Origin: Bosea vestrisii
GTDB lineage: Bacteria; Pseudomonadota; Alphaproteobacteria; Rhizobiales; Beijerinckiaceae
Direction: 5' to 3'
Assembly: GCF_030144325.1 (NCBI RefSeq)
Contig: NZ_CP126307.1
Location: 459,748-523,747 of the forward strand
Length of the DNA: 64,000 bases
Part shown: positions 27,427-35,706 of the stretch, piece by piece
Numbering within the stretch: the stretch's first letter is position 1
How the letters are laid out: every line of letters begins with the position of its first letter
Position numbers and translations under genes: made by a program
Notes under the pieces: generated by a model
What the model saw: the letters and a program-made list of their open reading frames with translations, nothing else
What the model was told of the DNA's origin: nothing
The model's database searches: none

Positions 27427-29662
27427 GCGCCTGAAAGCCCCACCCGCCGCCGGCGTTCCGATCCTGCAGATCGCGGGCTTGAATGTCTTCTACGGCCGCT
27501 CGCACGCCGTCCAGGGTGTCGACCTCACGCTGCAGCACGGCGTCCTCTCCGTCGTCGGTCGCAATGGCATGGGCAAGACGACCATGTGCAAGGCGATCAT
27601 GGGGCTGGTCCCGATCGCATCGGGCTCGATCCGCTTCTTCGGCGAGGAGATCGCCGGCCGCTCGCCGGCCGAGGTGGCGCGACTCGGCATCGGCTATGTG
27701 CCGCAAGGCCGCCGGCTCTGGCGCTCGCTGACGGTCGACGAGCATTTGCGGCTGATGCAGCGCGGCAAGCGCGGCGCCTGGACGCCGGAGCGCATCTACG
27801 AGGTCTTCCCGCGCCTGGCCGAGCGCCGCAGCAATGGCGGCGGCCAGCTCTCCGGCGGCGAGCAGCAGATGCTGGCGATCAGCCGGGCGCTGCTGCTCAA
27901 TCCCCGCTTGCTGGTCATGGACGAGCCGACCGAGGGGTTGGCGCCGGTCATCGTCGCCCATGTCGAGGAGATGCTGGTCCGGCTCGCCGACCAGGGCGAT
28001 GTCGCGATCCTGGTGATCGAGCAGAACATCGGCGTCGCCACGCAGATGTCCGACCCCGTCGCGATCATGGTCAACGGCCGGATCAACCGCATCATCGCCT
28101 CGGCGACGCTCGCCGGCGACCGCGAGCTGCAGCAGCGCCTGCTCGGCGTCGGCCGCCACGGCCATGACGATACCGATGCGGCCTTGGACACCGCGCGTCC
28201 CGGCACGGCCGCAGAGGCCGCCTCCCCCGCCCCGACCGGACCGATCCGCGTCTATGTCTCGAACCCGGTTATCCCGAACCGCTGGTCACAAGCCGTGCCG
28301 GCCGCCCGTATCGAGGCTCAGGCCCGCACCATCTCGCGCCCGACGCTGGCGACCCGCGATGGCCAGCCGATCGGCGGGGTCCGGCCGCTCGCGGCTGCGG
28401 CGAACAGCGAGCCCTATGTGGTCGTCGCCGGCACGCTCGACACCAAGGGCGAGGAGCTGCGTTTCATCCGCGACCTGATCCGGGCCGAGGGGTTGCGCAC
28501 CCGTCTCGTCGATCTGTCGACATCCGGCCGCAGTGCCGGGGGTGACGTCACCCCGCAAGAGGTCGCCCTCGCCCATCCGAAAGGCTCGGCCGGCATCTCC
28601 TCAGGCGATCGCGGCACGGCGGTCGCGGCGATGACCGAGGCGTTCAAAGCCTGGCTGCCGCGCCAGCAGGGCCTGCTCGGCATCATCTCGGCCGGCGGCT
28701 CGGGCGCCACCGCGATGGTAACGCCGGCGATGCAGGCGCTGCCGGTCGGCCTGCCCAAGTTGATGATCTCGACCATGGCGTCGGGCGATGTCCGCGCCTA
28801 TGTCGGCGCCACCGACATCGCGATGCTGCACGCCGTCACCGATGTGCAGGGCATCAACCGTGTCTCGCGCCTCGTGCTCGGCAATGGTGCGCACGCCATC
28901 GCCGCCATGGCCAAGGCCCGCCTCGCCGAGCTCAAGCCCGAAGGGCCGCGCCGCCGGGAGCCCGAGAAGCCGCTGGTCGGGCTCACCATGTTCGGCGTGA
29001 CCACGCCTTGCGTCCAGCAAGTCTCCAGGCTCCTCGCCGCGGAATGGGAACCGCTCGTCTTCCACGCCACCGGCACCGGTGGCCGCTCGCTGGAGAAGCT
29101 GGTCGATTCCGAGCTCGTCAGCGCGGTGATCGACGTCTCGACCACTGAGATCTGCGACATGCTGATGGGCGGCATCCTGCCGGCGACGGAGGACCGTTTC
29201 GGCGCGATCATCCGCACCCGCATCCCCTATGTCGGCTCGGTCGGCGCGCTCGACATGGTGAACTTCGCCGCGCCCGAGAGCGTGCCCGAGCGCTATCGCG
29301 GCCGCCTCCTCTATCCGCACAACCCGCAGATCACCCTGATGCGGACCACGTCGGAGGAGAACACGCGTATGGGCCGCTGGATCGGCGAGCGGCTGAACCA
29401 GATGGAAGGGCCGGTCCGCTTCCTGATCCCCGAGCTCGGCGTCTCCGCCCTGGATGCACCCGGCCAGCCTTTCCACGACCCGTCCGCCGATGCGGCGTTG
29501 TTCCAGGCGCTGGAGCAGACGGTGCGCACCAGTTCGAACCGGCAGCTCATCCGCCTGCCGCTCCACATCAACGACCCCGCCTTCGCCTCGGCATTGGTGC
29601 AGCAGTTCCGCACCCTGCACGCCGGGAGGCGGCGCGAGCGGGCCGGCGGAGGCAGGTCATGA
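27419..29662 (+). CDS. ABC transporter ATP-binding protein (LivF-like, aa 1-~245) continuing in frame into a UPF0261/Tm-1-like domain (aa ~330-747); possible fusion
   Basis: N-terminal GRNGMGKTT...[16 protein letters not shown]...[13 protein letters not shown] is a LivF-like ATPase, normally ~240 aa ending about ...[10 protein letters not shown]. There is no stop for another 1.5 kb. After an Ala/Pro-rich ~85-aa linker comes ...[24 protein letters not shown]...[21 protein letters not shown]...[12 protein letters not shown]..., a UPF0261 (PF06792) domain. An in-frame GTG at 28418 ([13 protein letters not shown]) could be an independent UPF0261 start. Confidence 0.55.
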   Translation: MAERLKAPPAAGVPILQIAGLNVFYGRSHAVQGVDLTLQHGVLSVVGRNGMGKTTMCKAIMGLVPIASGSIRFFGEEIAGRSPAEVARLGIGYVPQGRRLWRSLTVDEHLRLMQRGKRGAWTPERIYEVFPRLAERRSNGGGQLSGGEQQMLAISRALLLNPRLLVMDEPTEGLAPVIVAHVEEMLVRLADQGDVAILVIEQNIGVATQMSDPVAIMVNGRINRIIASATLAGDRELQQRLLGVGRHGHDDTDAALDTARPGTAAEAASPAPTGPIRVYVSNPVIPNRWSQAVPAARIEAQARTISRPTLATRDGQPIGGVRPLAAAANSEPYVVVAGTLDTKGEELRFIRDLIRAEGLRTRLVDLSTSGRSAGGDVTPQEVALAHPKGSAGISSGDRGTAVAAMTEAFKAWLPRQQGLLGIISAGGSGATAMVTPAMQALPVGLPKLMISTMASGDVRAYVGATDIAMLHAVTDVQGINRVSRLVLGNGAHAIAAMAKARLAELKPEGPRRREPEKPLVGLTMFGVTTPCVQQVSRLLAAEWEPLVFHATGTGGRSLEKLVDSELVSAVIDVSTTEICDMLMGGILPATEDRFGAIIRTRIPYVGSVGALDMVNFAAPESVPERYRGRLLYPHNPQITLMRTTSEENTRMGRWIGERLNQMEGPVRFLIPELGVSALDAPGQPFHDPSADAALFQALEQTVRTSSNRQLIRLPLHINDPAFASALVQQFRTLHAGRRRERAGGGRS

Positions 29663-30540
29663 CGAGCTTCGACAAGAAGGCCCTGCTGAAACGCTTCCGG
29701 GCGATGATCGCCAGGGGCGAGCCGATTGTCGGCGGCGGCGCCGGCACGGGCCTGTCCGCCAAATGCGAAGAGGCCGGCGGGATCGACCTGATCGTGATCT
29801 ACAATTCCGGCCGCTACCGCATGGCCGGCCGCGGCTCGCTCTCCGGGCTGATGCCCTATGGCGACGCCAACGCCATCGTCATGGAGATGGCGGCCGAAGT
29901 GCTGCCGGTCGTGAAGACAACGCCGGTGATCGCCGGCGTCTGCGGCACCGATCCGTTCCGGCGCATGGATGTCTTTCTCGACGAGGTGAAGCGCATCGGC
30001 TTTGCCGGCGTGCAGAACTTCCCGACCGTTGGCCTGATCGACGGCACCTTCCGCGCCAATCTCGAAGAGACCGGCATGGGCTTTGGGTTGGAGGTCGAGA
30101 TGATCGCCCTTGCCAACGCCAAGGGCCTGCTGACCACACCTTACGTCTTCTGCGAGGACGACGCCCGCGCGATGGCAAAAGCCGGCGCCGACATCATCGT
30201 CTGCCATCTCGGTCTCACCACCGGCGGCTCGATCGGCGCCGAAACGGCGCTCAAGCTCAAGGACTGCCCGGCGCTGGTCGAGCGCTGGGCGAAGGCTGCG
30301 CTCGCCGTGAAGAAGGATGCGATCATCCTCGTCCATGGCGGGCCTGTCGCCGAGCCGGCCGACGCCGACTTCATCATGAAGAACACGGTCAACTGCCACG
30401 GCTTCTACGGCGCGTCCTCGATGGAGCGCCTGCCGGTCGAGGTCGCGATCCGCGACCAGACCCGTGCCTTCAAGCAGATCGGCCGCGCAGCCAAAGCCAG
30501 CAAGCCGGCACGCAAGCCCGACAAAGGCACGAAACCATGA
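29659..30540 (+). CDS. Phosphoenolpyruvate hydrolase-like TIM-barrel protein (PF09370; homolog of the Tm-1 C-terminal domain)
   Basis: ...[61 protein letters not shown]...VCGTDPFR... is the characteristic PF09370 N-terminus. ATGA overlap with the preceding ORF and a GGAGG SD. Confidence 0.8.
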   Translation: MTSFDKKALLKRFRAMIARGEPIVGGGAGTGLSAKCEEAGGIDLIVIYNSGRYRMAGRGSLSGLMPYGDANAIVMEMAAEVLPVVKTTPVIAGVCGTDPFRRMDVFLDEVKRIGFAGVQNFPTVGLIDGTFRANLEETGMGFGLEVEMIALANAKGLLTTPYVFCEDDARAMAKAGADIIVCHLGLTTGGSIGAETALKLKDCPALVERWAKAALAVKKDAIILVHGGPVAEPADADFIMKNTVNCHGFYGASSMERLPVEVAIRDQTRAFKQIGRAAKASKPARKPDKGTKP

Positions 30541-30551
30541 GCATTCGGCTC

Positions 30552-30680
30552 ACCCTCAGCCCTCATCCTGAGGAGCCGCGAAGCGGCGTCTCGAAGGATG
30601 ATCCAGGAGACTCCGGAACCATCTGGAGCATCCTTCGAGACGCGCCTGCGGCGCTCCTCAGGATGAGGGCTGAAGGGGAA
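30552..30680. repeat. Nested palindromic REP/MITE-like element (20-bp perfect outer inverted repeat + 13-bp inner inverted repeat)
   Basis: Outer arms CAGCCCTCATCCTGAGGAGC / GCTCCTCAGGATGAGGGCTG; inner arms GTCTCGAAGGATG / CATCCTTCGAGAC. Spurious translations read ...HPEEPRSGVSKDD...ILRDAPAALLRMRAEG..., a pattern I recall from a widespread alphaproteobacterial intergenic repeat family. Confidence 0.5.
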
Positions 30681-30715
30681 GGCGCGAACGCGGCGCTGGC
30701 GGGGAGAACATCACC

Positions 30716-33471
30716 ATGACGGGGCAACTGATCGGATCGCTGATCCTCTGGCTGATCGTGGCGGTGATCATCATCGCCATCGTCGTCTATCTGGTGAACT
30801 GGCTCTACCGCCGGTCCTCGAAGGAGGTCTCCTTCGTCCGCACCGGCCTGTTCGGCGAAAAGGTGGTGATCAATGGCGGCGCCTTCGTGCTGCCGATCAT
30901 CCACGACGTCACGCCGGTCAACATGAACGTGCTGCAGCTCGCGGTGACGCGGGCGAGCAACGATGCGCTCATCACCCGCGACCGGATGCGCGTCGACATC
31001 GACGCCGAATTCTATGTCCGAGTGAAGCCGGAGCGGCAGTCGGTCTCCATCGCAGCCGCCACGCTCGGCCGGCGCACCCTGCAGCCGGACCAGCTCCATG
31101 CCCTCCTGTCCGGCAAGTTCATCTCCGCTCTCAGGACGGTCGCCTCCGAGATGACGATGGAGGAGATGCACGAGCAGCGCGGCGCCTATGTCCAGCGCGT
31201 CAAGGATGCCGCCGCCGAGGCGCTCGACCAGAACGGCCTCCTGCTGGAATCGGTTGCGCTCACCGATCTCGACCAGACCGACCTGCAATACTTCAACCCG
31301 TCCAACCGCTTCGACGCCGCCGGTCTGACGCGGATCATCGAGGAGATCGAGGACAAGCGGAAGCTTCGCAACGACATCGAGCAGGACTCGATGATCCGCA
31401 TCCGCACCCGCAACCTCGAAGCCGAACGCCAGGCGCTCGACATCGAACGCGAGAGCGAGACGGCGCGTCTCGAGCAGCAGCGCGAAATCGAGATCAAGCG
31501 CGCCATGCAGCGCACCGAGGTCGCCCGCGAGCGCGCCATCCGCGACACCGAGGCGGAGCAGGCCCAGATCACCTCGCGCGAAGAGATCGAGAAATCACGC
31601 ATCGCCAATGAGCGCGGGATCAGCGAAGCACGCATCGCTTCGGAGCGCGACATCCGCCAGCAGGAGATCGCCCGGACGCAGGCCGTCGAGGAGGCGGAGA
31701 TCGCCGCGCGCGAGCATGTCGAGAAGGCGCGCATCGCCAACGAGCAGACGATCAATGCCGTCCGCATCGCCTCCGAACGCGAGATCAGGCAGCAGGAGAT
31801 CGAGCGCACCAGGGTGCTGGAAGCAGCCGAGATCGAAGCGCGCGAGTCGACCGAGAAGGCGCGCATCCTGCAGGAAACCGCGGTGAGTGCCGAGCGCATC
31901 ACCCGCGAGCAGGAGATCCGCAATCGCGAGATCGAGCGCACCCGCACGCTCGACCAGGAAGACATCGCGGCGCGCGAGGCGGTCGAAACCTCCCGCATCG
32001 GCCAGGAAGAGCGCGTGCGCGCCCTCCAGATCGCCCGCAACAGAGCGCTGGACGAGGCTGAGATCAGCGCGCGTGAAGCGGTCGAGAAGGCAAGGATTGC
32101 CCAGGAGGACGCGATCACGGCCGACCGGATCGCCCTAGACCAGCGCAAGAGCCTGCTCGAGATCGGGCGTACCGAAGCGATCGACACCGCCGAAATCTCG
32201 GCCCGCGAAGCGACCGAAGCCGCCCGCATCGGCCAGGAGAAAGCCGTCGCGGCCGGTCGCATCGCCGCCGAACTCGCGACTAAGGGGCTCGAGATCAAGC
32301 GCAATGCCGAGCTCGACACCGCCGAGCTGAAGCGCCGCGACGCGGTCGAGCGCCAGCGGATCGCAACCGAGCTCGGTCTCGACGAAGAGCGGATCAATTC
32401 GAGCAAGACCCGCGAGATGCTGCAGATCGCCCAGAAGAAGGCGGTCGAGGTCGCCGAGGAAGAGCGCGCTATCGTGCTCGCCGCCAAGAAGGTCGAACGC
32501 GCCGACGCCGACAAGACACTGCGCCAGGCCGAGATCACCGCGCGCCAGCATGTCGAGACCGTCGACATCGCCCGCGAGCAGGCGCTGGAAGCGGTGCGGA
32601 TCGAGCGTCGCCGCGCGCTTGAGCAATTGGAAATCGCGCGCAATCAGGCGCTGCAGGAGGCGCAGATCGTCTCGAACGAGGAAGTCGAGCGGGCGCGTAT
32701 CTCCTCCGATCGCGGCCTCGACGAGGCCCGTATCGGTCGCCAGCGCGAGCTGCGCAAGCTCGAGATCGGGCGCGAACGCGAGGTCGAGGCGGCCGCCATG
32801 GACAAGGCGATCGCGCTCTACGCCAAGTCGCTGGAGGAATCGGCGGCGCAGGTCAGTGCCGAGATTGCCCGCGCCAAGGCGGTCGAGGCCGAGGAAAAGG
32901 TCAAGACCGTCCGCGAGAGGAGAGCGCGCAGCGGCGCAAGACCGTCGAGATCCTGCTCGCCGAGAAGGCCGCCGAAGAATCCCGCATTGCGTCCGAGGCC
33001 GAGAAGGTGCGCCGCGCCGTCGATGCCGAGGCGCAGAAGCTGCTCTACGAGGCCGAGAACGTGCTCAGCGACGGCGCCCGCTACGGGCTGTTCCGGCGGC
33101 GCCTGCTCGACAAGATCGAGGGCATCGTCCGCGAGAGCGTCAAGCCGATGGAGAAGATCGAAGGCATCCGCATCCTTCATGTCGATGGGCTCGCCGGTGC
33201 GGCCAGCGGCGCCGGTGGCGCCGCACGCTCGCCCACCGACGAGGTCATGGAGTCGGCGCTGCGCTACCGGGTCCAGGCGCCGATGATCGACCAGGTGCTG
33301 AAGGAGATCGGCATCGAGGGCGGCAATCTCGCCAAGATGGGCGGGCTCATGCGCGAGGCCTCGGACATGCAGCGCGTCGCCAAGGAAGCGCAGCCGGCCA
33401 AGCCGAAGGACAGTGGCGGTGAACCTGCCCCCGAAGGTGGCGGTCGCTCCGGCCCCCGCAAGAAATCGTGA
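30716..33471 (+). pseudogene. Flotillin-like SPFH/band-7 protein (YqiK-like) with long coiled-coil tandem repeats; single frameshift near 32915-32925
   Basis: N-terminal TM plus SPFH (...VSFVRTGLFGEKVVINGGAFVLPIIHDVTPVNMNVLQLAV...), then ~10 imperfect ~44-aa repeats (EAEIAAREHVEKARIANEQTINAVRIASEREIRQQEIERTRVL...). The frame-1 tail after ...KVKTVRE is Arg/Ser/Pro garbage. The true C-terminus (QRRKTVEILLAEKAAEESRIASEAEKVRRAVDAEAQKLLYEAENV...ILHVDGLAGAASG...) continues in the +2 frame to 33471. Confidence 0.65.
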
Positions 33472-33482
33472 GGCGCTGACCG

Positions 33483-33920
33483 ATGGCCCGCGTCTACGTT
33501 TCCAGCGTCATCGCCGCTCCCGCCGTCAAGGTCTGGGCCCGGGTGCGCGACTTCAACGGCCTGCCGAACTGGCACCCCCGCATCGCCGAAAGCCGGATCG
33601 AGAACGGCGAGCCGGCCGACAAGGTCGGCTGCATCCGCGCCTTCTCGCTGCGCAGCGGCGACCGGCTGCGAGAGCAGCTGCTCGGCCTCTCCGACTACGA
33701 TATGTTCTGCACCTATGCGATCCTCGACTCGCCGATGCCGCTGACGAACTACGTCGCGACGCTCAGGCTGACGCCGATCACCGACCAGGAGCGGACCTTC
33801 ATCGAGTGGTCGGCCGATTTCGACTGCGCGCCGGAGCGCGAGGCCGAGCTCGTCGCCGGCATAGGCACCAATGTCTTCCAGGGCGGTTTCGACGCCCTCA
33901 AGCGCGCCTTTGGGGGATAG
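33483..33920 (+). CDS. SRPBCC (Bet v1-like) family protein, CoxG-like
   Basis: 145 aa: ...SVIAAPAVKVWARVRDFNGLPNWHP...TLRLTPITDQERTFIEWSADFDC... is a polyketide-cyclase/CoxG-type fold. It lies immediately upstream of the Cox-like subunits. Confidence 0.7.
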   Translation: MARVYVSSVIAAPAVKVWARVRDFNGLPNWHPRIAESRIENGEPADKVGCIRAFSLRSGDRLREQLLGLSDYDMFCTYAILDSPMPLTNYVATLRLTPITDQERTFIEWSADFDCAPEREAELVAGIGTNVFQGGFDALKRAFGG

Positions 33921-33922
33921 CC

Positions 33923-34375
33923 ATGCCCCATGTTGTCCGCAGCACGATCATCGATACGCCGGCGGACCGGCTCTGGTCGGTCCTGCGCGACTTCAACGGA
34001 CACGACAAATGGCACCCCATCGTGGTGCGGAGCGAGATCGAACGCGCCTACCCGGCCGACCGGGTCGGCTGCGTCAGGCGCTTCGTCCTGCGCGACGGCA
34101 GCGAATTGCGCGAGCAGCTGCTTACGCTCTCCGATCTCGAGATGACCTTCAGCTACTGCCTGCTCGATACGCCGATCCCGCTGTTCAACTACGTCGCCCA
34201 TGTCCGGCTGCTGCCGGTGACCGACGGCAATCGCAGCTTCTGGCACTGGGAAAGCCGCTTCACCACGCCACCCGGGCGGGAGGCGGAACTCGCCAGACTC
34301 GTCGGCGACGAGGTCTACACCAACGGCATCGAGGCGGTCCGCCGCCTGCCCGCGATCGTCGGCGAGGAGGTCTGA
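33923..34375 (+). CDS. SRPBCC (Bet v1-like) family protein, CoxG-like paralog
   Basis: 150 aa: ...STIIDTPADRLWSVLRDFNGHDKWHP...HVRLLPVTDGNRSFWHWESRFTT... It is clearly paralogous to the preceding gene. Confidence 0.7.
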   Translation: MPHVVRSTIIDTPADRLWSVLRDFNGHDKWHPIVVRSEIERAYPADRVGCVRRFVLRDGSELREQLLTLSDLEMTFSYCLLDTPIPLFNYVAHVRLLPVTDGNRSFWHWESRFTTPPGREAELARLVGDEVYTNGIEAVRRLPAIVGEEV

Positions 34376-34376
34376 C

Positions 34377-35198
34377 ATGCTCGATCTGAGAACCTGCGCG
34401 AGCCTGTCGGAAGCCGCCGGCATCGTCTCCGGCGATCGCCAGGCGCTGCTGATCGGCGGCGGCACCCTGGTGATGCGTGAGGTCAACGAGGGCCGGCTGA
34501 CCGAGGGCACGCTCGTGCGCGTCACTGATCCGGCCTTCCGCCAGATCAGCGCCGGCGGCGCCCGCGTCGAGCTCGGTGCCGGCGTGACCATGGCGATGGT
34601 GCTGGCCAACCGCGAGCTCGCCTGTCTGCATGCGCCTGCACGCGGCATCGGCGGGCCGGCGGTCCGGACGATGGCGACGATCGGCGGCAATCTTTTCGCC
34701 GCTGCGCCCTATGGCGACTTCACCGTGGCGCTGCTGGCGCTCGATGCGCAGGTCGTGCTGCAATCCGGCTATGGCTCGGGCCGGGCGGTATCGCTGGAGG
34801 ATTTCCTGAGCGCGCGCGAACGCGGCGGCCAGGGCCTGGTCACCGCCGTTCAGTTCGCCAGGCCGCAGAACCCGCCCGAGCTCCACTTCCGCAAGATCAG
34901 CCGGGTCAAGCCGAAGGGCATCTCGGTGCTCTCGATCGCGGCCTATTTGCCGCTCTCGGGTGGCCGCGTCACGCAGGCGCGCGTCGCCTATGGCGCGATG
35001 GCGCCGACCCCGATCCGCGCCCGCGGCGTCGAGCGCGCCCTCGACGGCAAGCCGCTCGACCAGGCGGCGATCCAGGCGGCAAAGCAGGCGGCGCTCGAAG
35101 GCTGCCGGCCGGCGACCGACGCAATCGCGAGCGAGTGGTACCGGCGCGAGATCCTCCCCGTCCATCTCGGCCGGCTCCTGGCCGGCGAACCCCGCTGA
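34377..35198 (+). CDS. Xanthine dehydrogenase family FAD-binding subunit (CoxM-like medium subunit)
   Basis: ...ALLIGGGTLVMREVNEGRL... and ...MATIGGNLFAAAPYGDFTVALLALDAQVVLQSGYG... match the FAD_binding_5 plus CO_deh_flav_C layout. Confidence 0.85.
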   Translation: MLDLRTCASLSEAAGIVSGDRQALLIGGGTLVMREVNEGRLTEGTLVRVTDPAFRQISAGGARVELGAGVTMAMVLANRELACLHAPARGIGGPAVRTMATIGGNLFAAAPYGDFTVALLALDAQVVLQSGYGSGRAVSLEDFLSARERGGQGLVTAVQFARPQNPPELHFRKISRVKPKGISVLSIAAYLPLSGGRVTQARVAYGAMAPTPIRARGVERALDGKPLDQAAIQAAKQAALEGCRPATDAIASEWYRREILPVHLGRLLAGEPR

Positions 35199-35209
35199 GG
35201 AGGCGCGCC

Positions 35210-35692
35210 ATGGCCAAGCTCCCGGTCCAGTTCCGCCTCAATGGCAGCGATCGCGCCACCTTCGTCGACCCGGCGAGCAATCTGCTCGATACGCTCCGCC
35301 GCGGGCTCGGCGACTTCGGCCCGAAATATGGCTGCGGCCAGGGCACCTGCGGCGTCTGCACCGTGCTGGTCGACGGCGAGCCGCAACTCGCCTGCCTGAC
35401 GCTCGCGGCCTCCTGCGAGGGCCGCCAGATCGAGACCACCTCCGGGATGGCTGATGGCCCCGAGCTGCATCCGCTGCAGGCCGCCTTCATGGACCATTTC
35501 GCCGCGCAATGCGGCTTCTGCACGCCGGGCATGCTGACCGCCGCGCGGGCGCTGCTGGCAAAGAACCCGCATCCAAGCCGGGACGAGGTCGTCGAGGCGA
35601 TCAGCGGCAACATCTGTCGCTGCACCGGTTACGAGCCGATCATCGCCGCCATTCTCGCCGCAGCGGACGCGCCCGGCGCGCGCCGGGCCTGA
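35210..35692 (+). CDS. (2Fe-2S)-binding small subunit of xanthine dehydrogenase family (CoxS-like)
   Basis: Plant-type ferredoxin cysteines GCGQGTCGVCTVLVDG and a second cluster motif CGFCTPGML...[18 protein letters not shown] upstream. Confidence 0.85.
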   Translation: MAKLPVQFRLNGSDRATFVDPASNLLDTLRRGLGDFGPKYGCGQGTCGVCTVLVDGEPQLACLTLAASCEGRQIETTSGMADGPELHPLQAAFMDHFAAQCGFCTPGMLTAARALLAKNPHPSRDEVVEAISGNICRCTGYEPIIAAILAAADAPGARRA

Positions 35693-35706
35693 AGAAGGAA
35701 CCCGCC

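Noticed and set aside
28418-29662. Calling UPF0261 as an independent gene starting at GTG 28418
   Set aside because: This was not chosen as the primary model because there is no stop codon between the LivF-like domain and this GTG, and the SD is weak. It is kept as an explicit alternative in the findings.
31186-32643. 485-aa minus ORF across the flotillin repeat region
   Set aside because: Ser/Arg/Ala-rich low complexity generated by the antisense of GAG/GCC/CGC-rich coiled-coil codons.
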